Shown: positions 1 through 7,893, numbered from the stretch's first letter. The stretch: DNA of 64,000 bases from Candidatus Alkanophaga volatiphilum (GCA_029259545.1 JAPHEE010000002.1:5601-69600), one strand, 5' to 3'. Numbers and translations: made by a program. The notes: generated by a model not told the origin, from the sequence alone.

Positions 1-582
1 TATCGAGTAGAGGGAGTTTACGAAAAATGACGCGGGATTGTACATAGGTAAGATGGCTTTTCCGGCATTAAGCACGCTCTTTAAAGCTTTCAGTCCGAAG
101 TTCTCATCGTTTACCTCAAACTTCTTTGGACTCGGCTTTTCAACGACCCCTCTCAACATCTTGAAAACAGCCTGAAGTTTTGAAAGCAACTCTGATAATC
201 TCGATACGACGCTTGTGCTCGTGACACTGCACAAGATGTCTGCGACAGCAGATTCGAGCGTTGATCCATCCTTCATCCTTGATATGATTGTCGACACGGC
301 ATTACGATTCAACCCCACACCGAGCGCTTCCCAGTAAAATCTCGCAAGTGCGTTGTCCACGAAGGGTTCATCTTCCTTTCCTTGCAATCCACCGAAGAGC
401 ACACTCTTGTAGAAGCCTTTCTCGTCGATTATTGAATTTACAAGCTTGCCTTCCAAATAAGCCTTAACTTCCTCTCTTAAGTCTATAAATCCTTCAACAC
501 TCGCATACAAGCTAGCTAAGTCATTGTTAAAGTAGTGTCTCCACGTGTCCTCCTCGTAATACTTTATCCGGTCGTCGAGCAT
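1..582 (-). CDS. hypothetical protein, C-terminal part cut by window edge (starts MLDDRIKYYEEDTWRHYFNN)
   Basis: Open minus-strand frame from ATG 580-582 down to position 1. It is absent from the ORF track because no stop lies inside the window. GC is lower than in neighbouring genes. No motif recognised. Confidence 0.4.
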   Translation of the reverse strand, partial: MLDDRIKYYEEDTWRHYFNNDLASLYASVEGFIDLREEVKAYLEGKLVNSIIDEKGFYKSVLFGGLQGKEDEPFVDNALARFYWEALGVGLNRNAVSTIISRMKDGSTLESAVADILCSVTSTSVVSRLSELLSKLQAVFKMLRGVVEKPSPKKFEVNDENFGLKALKSVLNAGKAILPMYNPASFFVNSLYSI

Positions 583-645
583 CCGCACTACCTTTTATGG
601 CTGAGCTAAAATAAATAATTCCACCTTCCCATCACGGCATAGCCC

Positions 646-1317
646 TCACAGCCGCCTCAAATAACCCTCAATATACCTTCTAACGGCGCTCGCGGGCTGG
701 TAAATACCAAAGTGCCCTTCGCAGAGTATGTCGGCGTTCAGAGCCAAGAGTTTTTCCAGCGACCGCCTCGCAAGCCGTGTATCGGAGCCTAGCGCTTCCA
801 TGTAGGGACCGTGGATGTCCTGCCCGAAGAGGACTCTGCGCCCTGCGATGTCAGCGAGCACGGCGACGCTTCCCGGCGTGTGCCCCGGGATGTGAATGAT
901 TTTGAGGGTGTGCTTTCGGAATTTCAGCTCTAGGGCGTCGCCGCTCATCTTGACATCCACAGGGCAAGGCTCGTAAGGGACGCCGTAGAACTCCGCCCCT
1001 ATTCCCTCGCCGCTTTCGATAGCCGCCGCATCCAGCTCGTGCGCCACGATCTTGGCTCCGAGCTCACGAAAGCGGGCGAGCGCGCCGATGTGGTCGATGT
1101 GGGCGTGCGTCGCAACGACGTGACTGAGCGCCGACACGGAAAAGCCGAGATGCTCGATGTTCCTCACGAGCGTTCTGAAGCTGCGCCCCGCCCCCGCGTC
1201 TATCAGCACGAGCTCGTCGCCATCAGCAACATCTATCAGATAAACGCAGCAGTCCAGCATGTCCGAAATGTCAGGACCGCCGACGACGTAAACATCCTGC
1301 CAGACCTTACGCGCCAT
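646..1317 (-). CDS. MBL-fold metallo-hydrolase
   Basis: HxHxDH motif (VATHAHIDHIG). The track ORF 646..1596 is trimmed to the internal Met (MARKVWQDVYVVGG), because the upstream 93 codons run through the intergenic repeat region. Confidence 0.8.
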   Translation of the reverse strand: MARKVWQDVYVVGGPDISDMLDCCVYLIDVADGDELVLIDAGAGRSFRTLVRNIEHLGFSVSALSHVVATHAHIDHIGALARFRELGAKIVAHELDAAAIESGEGIGAEFYGVPYEPCPVDVKMSGDALELKFRKHTLKIIHIPGHTPGSVAVLADIAGRRVLFGQDIHGPYMEALGSDTRLARRSLEKLLALNADILCEGHFGIYQPASAVRRYIEGYLRRL

Positions 1318-1343
1318 CTCTTTTACTTCCGTCGAGCCACTAC

Positions 1344-1401
1344 ATATTTTGACGCCAAAGGGTATTGGTTTGACACCAAATAAAATTGGTTTGACGCCAA
1401 A
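1344..1401. promoter_or_regulatory. three tandem ~21-bp repeats (ATTGGTTTGACRCCAAA) in a divergent promoter region
   Basis: TTTGACGCCAAA at 1347-1359, GGTTTGACACCAAA at 1367-1380 and GGTTTGACGCCAAA at 1388-1401. Each unit has TTGG/CCAA inverted arms. A TTTATATA box follows at about 1401-1409, roughly 20 nt before ATG 1430. Confidence 0.55.
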
Positions 1402-1429
1402 TTTATATGATTGTGGCTTATCAATTACC

Positions 1430-1828
1430 ATGCGGGTGGAGCTGGATGATGTGGAATACGTCACGGAAACGACGCTTACGATCCGGGGCACTCGGCGACG
1501 CACCACCGTGCCGAAGGTCATCGTTGAGAGGCTCGGGCTGCGGAACGGCGACAAGATCCGGTGGGTTCTCTTCAAGGACGGCAGCATCCTCGTCACGGGG
1601 GTCAGGAGGCGGGTGAATGGAGCGAATAATAACTGCGGCGGTGGTGGGACTCATAGCTCAGGTGATCGACGGGGCCCTTGGAAACGGGCTTTTAGCCCGC
1701 CAGAGTGGCCTACGGGGTCACCTCCACAACCTTCCTGCTCAGCCTCGGAGTCCCACCAGCGGCGGCGAGCGCAAGCGTCCACACCGCTGAGATTTTCACG
1801 AGCGGGGCGTCCGGGCTCTCGCACCTGA
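1430..1828 (+). CDS. AbrB/SpoVT-family DNA-binding protein (3' end uncertain)
   Basis: MRVELDD...RRRTTVPKVIVERLGLRNGDKIRWVLFKDGSILV matches the swapped-hairpin AbrB motif. The frame stays open to 1828 and overlaps the next gene, so the C-terminal ~65 codons may not be biologically meaningful. Confidence 0.55.
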   Translation: MRVELDDVEYVTETTLTIRGTRRRTTVPKVIVERLGLRNGDKIRWVLFKDGSILVTGVRRRVNGANNNCGGGGTHSSGDRRGPWKRAFSPPEWPTGSPPQPSCSASESHQRRRAQASTPLRFSRAGRPGSRT

Positions 1829-2388
1829 GATTCAGAAATGTGGATGGGGAGTTGTTCAAGAAGTTATTGGTTCCGGGGATCATGGGCGGGGTTTTAGGAG
1901 CTTATATCCTCGTGAGGGCGCCGGGGGAGATGATGAAGCCCTTTGTCGCCATTTACCTCCTCATTATGGGTTTATTGATTCTCAGGAGGGCGCTCAGGAG
2001 CGAGAAGAAAGAGACGAAAGTGGGAGGCAAACTTGTCTTTTTGGGCTTGGCAGGGGGCTTTTTCGACGCCGTCGGGGGCGGCGGCTGGGGTCCGATCGTG
2101 ACCTCGACGCTCGTCGCAAGCGGGCATAACCCTCGCTTCGCCGTCGGCACCGTCAACCTTGCTGAATTCTTCGTAACCGTTAGCGAATGCGCAACTTTCC
2201 TCCTAACGATTGGAGCTGCGCATTTGGAAATAATCGCCGGATTGATCATCGGCGGAGTTCTAGCCGCACCCCTCGCCGCATACGCCTGCAGAAAGCTGCC
2301 CTCCCGCACCCTGATGATAATCGTTGCGTCGTTAATTATCGCTTTAAGCATCAGAACAATATATTCGGGGTTCAGCGAAATCCGCTGA
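1617..2388 (+). CDS. TauE/SafE (DUF81) family anion exporter, coding sequence interrupted by a 22-nt insert (1684-1705)
   Basis: Frame 0 from ATG 1617 (GGAGG upstream) encodes TM1, MERIITAAVVGLIAQVIDGALG. The rest (AYGVTSTTFLLSLGVPPAAASASVHTAE..., track ORF 1705..2388) is in frame +1. Multiple TM helices and a family-typical SASVHTAE motif. Confidence 0.75.
1684..1705 (+). other. predicted bulge-helix-bulge (BHB) intron in the TauE/SafE mRNA
   Basis: Outer helix GGCC 1673-1676 / GGCC 1707-1710. Central 4-bp helix UUGG 1678-1681 / CCAG 1700-1703. 3-nt bulges AAA 1682-1684 and AGU 1704-1706 on opposite strands. Inner helix CGGGC 1685-1689 / GCCCG 1695-1699. Excision gives in-frame GGA-AUG-GCC. 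Confidence 0.5.
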
Positions 2389-2513
2389 TGGGCGAGCTTC
2401 GCTCGGACGCTCCAACCTCAACCTCCCTGTAAGTCATCGCGTTCGGCAACCTCCTTAAGGAACACTTGTGGGCTCTGACACTCCAGTTAACTTATAAATG
2501 GGTTCATAAGCCT

Positions 2514-2760
2514 TGGCGGCAGGAGACCTTTTAATGGGAGGAATGCCGCCTTTCTCACCTCCGTCAAGTTTTTAAACTTGTGTTGCAATATTACCCCAGG
2601 CCCGAGCTCAAGGCACTCCCGGGTCAAAACCCGGAGGAGCGGCTGTGGCTGTGAGGCTTCGACCGACCGGGCTAGGGGCGGGCTCCTATCCCGAGGGCGC
2701 CGTCAGCCGGGACGACGCAGGGTCGATTATTGCCCGCATGAGACCACCTGCAAGCCACCG
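2514..2760 (-). mobile_element. MITE-like GC-rich element, family 2 (IS200/IS605-derived ends)
   Basis: Shares both ends with the element at 42369-42566. One end is TGGCGGCA-N(~20)-GAGGAATGCCGCC(T)TCTCACCTCCGT. The other end is TGCCCGCATGAGACCACCTGCAAGCC, compared with TGCCGCATGGACGACCACCCACCTGCCC in the second copy. Confidence 0.55.
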
Positions 2761-2809
2761 TCTTAGACGGTGGTAGTTGACAAAATCCGGAGCGTTTCGT
2801 AAGGCTTGC

Positions 2810-3622
2810 ATGAGGGGAATCGACTGCTCACAGGGCGGCGGCCTCCCGCCTCCGACTGCGACGCCGACGCCGAGGGCGTCCGCCGCCAAGGTGTGCCGTG
2901 CCTGCGGCTCGCCGCTCGAAGCCCCCGGCGACTACTGCCTGAGCTGCGGCGCCTCGCAGGTGACGCTCCTCGGCTGCCTCCTGCGTGATGACGGCGCAAC
3001 CCTACTAATGCTCGACGCCGAGGGGCGGGAGCTCGGCGTGGACTTCGTCAAAGCTTACCTCCCGCTCTACGAGCACGGCAGCATCGAGCGTCAGATCAGC
3101 CTCAGAAACTTTCTGGAGCTCGTCGCCGACCGGATCCACAGGAAAAGACCCGAGCTCGTCGTCCTCTCCGCCGAGAACCACGAGCTTGCCCAAATTAGAG
3201 AGCTAATACCTTTTGCCGTCAGGTTTTTGGGCTTCAGCGAGGATGCCGACCTCCAGAGTCTCAGGGACGAGCTTTCGAAGCTTTTAAAAATCAGCGGGCT
3301 TGAGCGTGTGGAAATTCCTCCGGACAGGAAGCTCGGCGGCGCCCACTCGACGATAATAGGGGAGAGGAGGGGGTACAACCTGATTCTAAAGCTTGCGACA
3401 TGTCCTTACGTTAAAAAGGTCGTGCCCGGACGCATAAGGGCGAAAGGCGCCGCGGCGACGAGCGGCGGCGTCTCCGTCAAAATAACAAGGGCTGACGAGC
3501 GTGGGAACGTACGTGCGCTGCTCTCCGAAGGCTCGAGCGTCCAAGAGATATTCATCGTGACCACCGCACCGAACAAAGAGCTGGGCGAGATCGTCGCGGG
3601 AGAGCTGAAAAAGCTTCTTTAA
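2810..3622 (+). CDS. conserved archaeal zinc-ribbon protein, function unknown
   Basis: N-terminal CRACG...CLSCG zinc ribbon. The track ORF is trimmed to ATG 2810, because the upstream part overlaps the MITE. Confidence 0.5.
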   Translation: MRGIDCSQGGGLPPPTATPTPRASAAKVCRACGSPLEAPGDYCLSCGASQVTLLGCLLRDDGATLLMLDAEGRELGVDFVKAYLPLYEHGSIERQISLRNFLELVADRIHRKRPELVVLSAENHELAQIRELIPFAVRFLGFSEDADLQSLRDELSKLLKISGLERVEIPPDRKLGGAHSTIIGERRGYNLILKLATCPYVKKVVPGRIRAKGAAATSGGVSVKITRADERGNVRALLSEGSSVQEIFIVTTAPNKELGEIVAGELKKLL

Positions 3623-3662
3623 TTGGATGAAGAGTTTTTTGAAAGATTGCCACTTTTAATTG

Positions 3663-4490
3663 ATGCGTCGTGTTGAGGTCATTGGAATTGAAGGGATGCC
3701 GGAAATTAGACCCGGAGACGATCTCGCCGCCATTTTCTTAAAGGCTCTTCGGGAGAAAGACATTTTCCTCCAGGACTATGACGTCGTGGTTTTCGCCTCC
3801 AAGGTCGTTGCGAAGAGCGAGGGGCGGATCGTCGATCTTTCGGGCGTGAAGCCGGACGCCGCTGCGGAAAAACTCGCTGCCATTACAGGCAAAGATCCAA
3901 GAATCGTCCAGCTCATTCTCAACGACGCCGCCGAAATCATATGCGTCGGCGAGGACTTCATTCTTACGGAGACGAAACACGGCTTCATCTGCGCAAACGC
4001 CGGCATCGACGAGTCGAACGTCGAACACGGGAAGGCGGTACTGCTGCCCGAAGACCCTCAGAGGAGCGCAGCGGTGCTCCGCCGTAAAATAGAGGCGGCA
4101 ACCGGAAAGAAGATCGCAGTTCTGCTTGCGGACTCCTGCGGACGCCCCTTCAGGATCGGCGTCGCCGGTACGTGCGTTGGCTTCGCAGGAATGAAACCCA
4201 CGCTCGACAGGCGTGGCGAGAAGGACCGCTTCGGTAAGACCGCTAGGATCACGATCGTTGCGATCGCCGACGAAATCTGCGCGGCGGCGAACCTCGTCAT
4301 GGGCGAGCTTCAGGAGGGCATACCTGCTGTCATCGTCCGAGGACTGCGCTTCAAGCTTGACGAGGAGCAACAGAGTGTGAAGACGCTGTTCTTTGACAAA
4401 AGACGGGATGTGTTCAGAACTCTTGCTTGCAAACAACATTTTTTGGCGGTCAAAAATCTCCGTGAGGGTCAGAACACTCTCAAATCTTGA
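3663..4490 (+). CDS. cofE: coenzyme F420-0:L-glutamate ligase
   Basis: VVVFASKVVAKSEGR, FICANAGIDESN and LLADSCGRPFR are typical CofE motifs. Confidence 0.8.
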   Translation: MRRVEVIGIEGMPEIRPGDDLAAIFLKALREKDIFLQDYDVVVFASKVVAKSEGRIVDLSGVKPDAAAEKLAAITGKDPRIVQLILNDAAEIICVGEDFILTETKHGFICANAGIDESNVEHGKAVLLPEDPQRSAAVLRRKIEAATGKKIAVLLADSCGRPFRIGVAGTCVGFAGMKPTLDRRGEKDRFGKTARITIVAIADEICAAANLVMGELQEGIPAVIVRGLRFKLDEEQQSVKTLFFDKRRDVFRTLACKQHFLAVKNLREGQNTLKS

Positions 4491-4515
4491 CTGAGGTAAA
4501 AATTGTCAAAAAAGG

Positions 4516-5109
4516 TTAAGGGTGGCCGTGTGGCCACATCAGCGGGCGTGGCGGGATGCCCCTGTCGATGCCGGGACGCAGATCGAACTTCTTGGCGTAG
4601 TACTTGAAGTACGGGCTGTCCGTGTGCTGTGCGGTGTGTATCGAGTCTCTCAGGTCCATGAGCGCCGTGAAGTTCCCGATAACTGTGGCGGTGCCGTCGC
4701 AGACGGCGTCGGTGAGCGTGATCTCCCCGAGCAACGCCCGCACGAGCGTGTAGTAGCTGCGGAACGTCACAACGGCATCCACTTCTATGTTGGAGCCGGG
4801 CTCGGGGGCGCCCTGCACGACGGTTGCCGGCGACAACCTGAACCGCACGTACTCGACGCCCCGCTTCGGGTGCTTCGTCACTATGAGGATGGATCTGGGC
4901 GGGTACAACGACGTTTGCATCACCGTATCCGGGTCTGATGCCATCTTATTGATGAAGTAGTCGAAGAGCAGCTCGTAGAGCGTAGGCTCGTGGTCCTTGA
5001 GGTTAATCCACTCCACATCCTTCCACCAGCCGTCGGGCAGCGGCTTGGTCCTTTCAATTATATGCTCCTTCTCCGTCTCAGGGTAAATTTGTCCGAGTTC
5101 CTCCGCCAT
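4516..5109 (-). CDS. SCP2-like (sterol-carrier/alkyl-binding fold) protein occupying the mcrA slot
   Basis: Lies 9 nt downstream of mcrG-like 5119..6012 with its own AGGTGA Shine-Dalgarno sequence. The C-terminal part, DAVVTFRSYYTLVRALLGEITLTDAVCDGTATVIGNFTALMDL, resembles the SCP2 domain pattern. I see no similarity to McrA, McrC or McrD. Confidence 0.45.
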   Translation of the reverse strand: MAEELGQIYPETEKEHIIERTKPLPDGWWKDVEWINLKDHEPTLYELLFDYFINKMASDPDTVMQTSLYPPRSILIVTKHPKRGVEYVRFRLSPATVVQGAPEPGSNIEVDAVVTFRSYYTLVRALLGEITLTDAVCDGTATVIGNFTALMDLRDSIHTAQHTDSPYFKYYAKKFDLRPGIDRGIPPRPLMWPHGHP

Positions 5110-5118
5110 CTACATCAC

Positions 5119-6012
5119 CTACCCCTCAGGACTCGTCCGCTCTCTTGAGCCCGGGAGGAGCATCTCCGGCTCTATCCACTCTTCACCCTCGTTGATATAA
5201 AGCCCACCGTATTCTACGAGCGGCAGCTCGGGATTGTGACCCATGAGCACCCTACCAGCGGCAGCCCTGCCAAGCACCGTCAAAATCTCAGAGCGGCTCT
5301 TGTAGGGAGCGACGTCCCAACGGTAAGTGACGTCGTATGCCCGCAGCTCACGCTCGGTCAGCGGACGCCCTACTGGTATCGGGTTGTCGAGAACCTCGGC
5401 GTGCTGGTTCTTGATGTACTCGACCTCGCCTGTCTCTTTGTTTAGCATGTAACGGCGACGGGCGTCGAACATCAAACCGTCCTCGTCGAGACGAAGCGAA
5501 TGCCCGTGCACGGTAACGCCCCGAATGCCCACCCTAGCAGGGTCAAAGATGTGCGTCTCGATAAGCATCTTCGCCGCCTGCTCAAGGTCCCGCTCCCGCA
5601 TTTCAAGGAGCGTCCTTCCGGAGTAGACGACGGTGTCAATTCCTCTTAGCCTTGACATGTAAACACGAGCCCTAAGCCATGGTGCCATCGGCGGGTAATA
5701 CATGGAGTCGGCAAACTGGAGGAAACGCAAGCGGTCACCAGCCCTCGCTCCAGGTGTTGGCTCTACTATCTCCTTTATTGGATCGTACTTCTCGACAAGC
5801 TCATCTAGCGGTGGGTGTACGCTCACATAGGATTCGCCTTTGAATCTGTGCCCCAGAAGTTCCACAAGGCTGTCATCAGGAATGGAGCGGAACTTCGTGA
5901 GTCGCTTTGAGGAGTCCATTGCCCTCCTTCTGTTCGCCGACACCCTGTCAGGTCCCGGGTAGTACTGCCTCTTATACTTAACTTTCTTGACCTTCTTCTT
6001 AGCAGCCGCCAT
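5119..6012 (-). CDS. mcrG: methyl/alkyl-coenzyme M reductase gamma subunit-like (set 1)
   Basis: LLGHR, VHPPLDE, YSGRTLLEMRERD and HGHSLRLDEDGLMFDARRRY are typical McrG blocks. It carries an extra Lys-rich N-terminus (MAAAKKKVKKVKYKR) and a C-terminal extension. Confidence 0.85.
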   Translation of the reverse strand: MAAAKKKVKKVKYKRQYYPGPDRVSANRRRAMDSSKRLTKFRSIPDDSLVELLGHRFKGESYVSVHPPLDELVEKYDPIKEIVEPTPGARAGDRLRFLQFADSMYYPPMAPWLRARVYMSRLRGIDTVVYSGRTLLEMRERDLEQAAKMLIETHIFDPARVGIRGVTVHGHSLRLDEDGLMFDARRRYMLNKETGEVEYIKNQHAEVLDNPIPVGRPLTERELRAYDVTYRWDVAPYKSRSEILTVLGRAAAGRVLMGHNPELPLVEYGGLYINEGEEWIEPEMLLPGSRERTSPEG

Positions 6013-6026
6013 TTCGCACCCCTCTC

Positions 6027-7406
6027 TTAAACCTCATCCTTTATCTTCTCAGCAGCCTCAGCCACCCTCTTCATCGGGTTCCTAAATATCGGGAACTCTT
6101 GGGCTATTGTGAAGTACAAGCCCGAGGTCGTGGTAACCTTGAATATCTGCGTTCCGGCGTCAAGACACGCACACGCAGCCGAAATGGGCGTCAAGAAGCC
6201 AGACGTGTTCTTAACGATAACGTGGTCGCAGGAGAATGCGCCTGGGGCGGCGCCGCCGTAAAGACCGTGCGTGTAGAACACATAACCCTGCCCGCAGCCG
6301 AGCATGCGTCCAGCGTCTGGGTCTGGTAAGCCACAGGTCTCCCAGATGAGCATGTCCGGGAAGAATGCGATTACGCTCGCAACTCCTTGGACGGCACGGG
6401 CGGCAGCACAGTTAACAATAGCGGCAGCTGTCAGGCCTGCTATGGAATAAGCGTTCCACAGGCATAGGTCCGGTGCAGCCCACACAACTGCTCCCGAAGG
6501 CAATACCCATGGGTACTTGTCGCCCTTCTTTACTATCACACCGTCCTCAAGCGCTCTCTGCAGCATGCTCGTCATGACATCCCCAACAGTCCCTTTCGCA
6601 TTTTCCTTTATCAGATCAAGAACCAGACAATTTGCATTGAAGCCCTGATACGCCGACGTCAGGAGCATGTAACGCTCATACCAGCCGACATTGTAGCCCA
6701 TTTCTGCCGCCGCTCCTTGTTCAAGGATTGTACCTATGGCAAGCGCCCACATCGTCCGCATGTCAGCGAGCGCCGCAATGTGGTTGATCATTATGGACTT
6801 GAGTCCATTACCTAAGCCCTCCAGCTCTGAAGGCAGCTTCAAAAGCGGGCGAATTGGGTGCCCCGGCGGCGTCCCGACCGTCTGCGGATATCTACCCCAC
6901 AATGCCGACTTCACCAGTCCGATCTTGTACAAGTTCTCCAAGGGGTGCAAATTTGCTATTTTCGTTATTATCTGACCGAGTGCGGTCACAACTCTCGTAA
7001 ACGCTGGCGAAGTGTCATAAGAACGATTTAAGACTTCATCCGAGAGCTGGACTACGAGGATCGTACCGCCCTCAAGCACCCGTACCTCAGTCCCATCGTC
7101 GGGCCTCACCTGTAAGAGCTTGACAAGCTCATCTGCAATGTATTCGGCGTTATCCACGAGCTCGACATCGAAACCGTACCACGGCATCTTTATCTCGTCC
7201 TGCCCAACTATTGTGGACCAGCCAACTCTGCCCGTCCTGAGCATGTCCTCCAGCTTCTCAAGCTCAATGACTGTCGTCCTCTTCATGAACCTGTAAACCT
7301 CACCCATGTAGGGGTTCTTGTAAGGATGCAACGCCTCTATCGGTATGTCCTTTGCAAGCAGGTTCCCCTCATCGTCGTACAGGTCAACCTTGTCCTCGTA
7401 TTTCAT
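6027..7406 (-). CDS. mcrB: methyl/alkyl-coenzyme M reductase beta subunit-like (set 1)
   Basis: DKVDLYDDEGN, ERYMLLTSAYQGFNAN, FYTHGLYGGAAPG and CLDAGTQIF are typical McrB blocks. Full length at 459 aa. Confidence 0.85.
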   Translation of the reverse strand: MKYEDKVDLYDDEGNLLAKDIPIEALHPYKNPYMGEVYRFMKRTTVIELEKLEDMLRTGRVGWSTIVGQDEIKMPWYGFDVELVDNAEYIADELVKLLQVRPDDGTEVRVLEGGTILVVQLSDEVLNRSYDTSPAFTRVVTALGQIITKIANLHPLENLYKIGLVKSALWGRYPQTVGTPPGHPIRPLLKLPSELEGLGNGLKSIMINHIAALADMRTMWALAIGTILEQGAAAEMGYNVGWYERYMLLTSAYQGFNANCLVLDLIKENAKGTVGDVMTSMLQRALEDGVIVKKGDKYPWVLPSGAVVWAAPDLCLWNAYSIAGLTAAAIVNCAAARAVQGVASVIAFFPDMLIWETCGLPDPDAGRMLGCGQGYVFYTHGLYGGAAPGAFSCDHVIVKNTSGFLTPISAACACLDAGTQIFKVTTTSGLYFTIAQEFPIFRNPMKRVAEAAEKIKDEV

Positions 7407-7488
7407 CTCCTAACACCGCTCCATCTTTATGGCTCCTACCTCTTCATATTCAATCCATAATATTTAAATCTCACTATGCTAACTACGA

Positions 7489-7893
7489 ATGGGGGTGTTG
7501 TGCGTGGGTATAAGAATAGGCGATGTCGATCCTATAAAAATGCTCCTTGAGGGGAAGACGTCGTGCCTGTTTTGCGTGTACTACAACCCAGATGTGGGCT
7601 GCGATCGAATATACAAGCAGACGAGGGGCAGGATGAAAATAGACCTGTCAGATCCGTTAAACAAGACGTGCGACGCCTTCCAGCCGGCGATACGCTGCGA
7701 GGACTGCGTCCACTTCATGGTACAGAAGCTTGAAGAGGCGTTCGCAGGGCGTACCGAAAAATACATGTGCACGAAGCACGGGCTGGAGGATGCTGATATA
7801 AAGCTATGCCCTGATTATACCCCAAAAGAAGAGAAGAGAAAGGAGTTTGAGGAGCTTTATAAGAAGGCGGGCTTTGAGTTCAAGGTCGTCTGA
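7489..7893 (+). CDS. small Cys-rich hypothetical protein
   Basis: CLFC...C...C...CEDC...C...C pattern. The stop lies 2 nt before the start of the radical SAM gene. Divergent from mcrB set 1. Confidence 0.45.
   Translation: MGVLCVGIRIGDVDPIKMLLEGKTSCLFCVYYNPDVGCDRIYKQTRGRMKIDLSDPLNKTCDAFQPAIRCEDCVHFMVQKLEEAFAGRTEKYMCTKHGLEDADIKLCPDYTPKEEKRKEFEELYKKAGFEFKVV

Noticed and set aside
646-1596. Long N-terminal extensions in several track ORFs (646..1596, 9957..10895, 15282..15761, 43758..45050, 48129..49643, 49559..50188, 50267..51529, 63093..63782).
   Set aside because: The extensions run through intergenic repeats or neighbouring genes and have nonsense-like composition. Internal Met codons with Shine-Dalgarno-like sequences coincide with where family homology begins, so the starts were trimmed.
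2440-2790. GC-rich structured intergenic region that looked like an SRP (7S) RNA gene. It is preceded by TTATAAAT and contains CCAGGCCCGA.
   Set aside because: It lacks the helix-8 CCGGAAGG.AGCA motif and has no convincing 5'/3' closing helix. Both of its ends are shared with a second element at 42369-42566, so it is better explained as a MITE-like repeat.
4516-5109. Considered calling the 197-aa ORF McrC or McrD, given its operon context.
   Set aside because: I see no resemblance to the McrC or McrD sequences I remember. The pattern fits an SCP2-like fold instead, at modest confidence.
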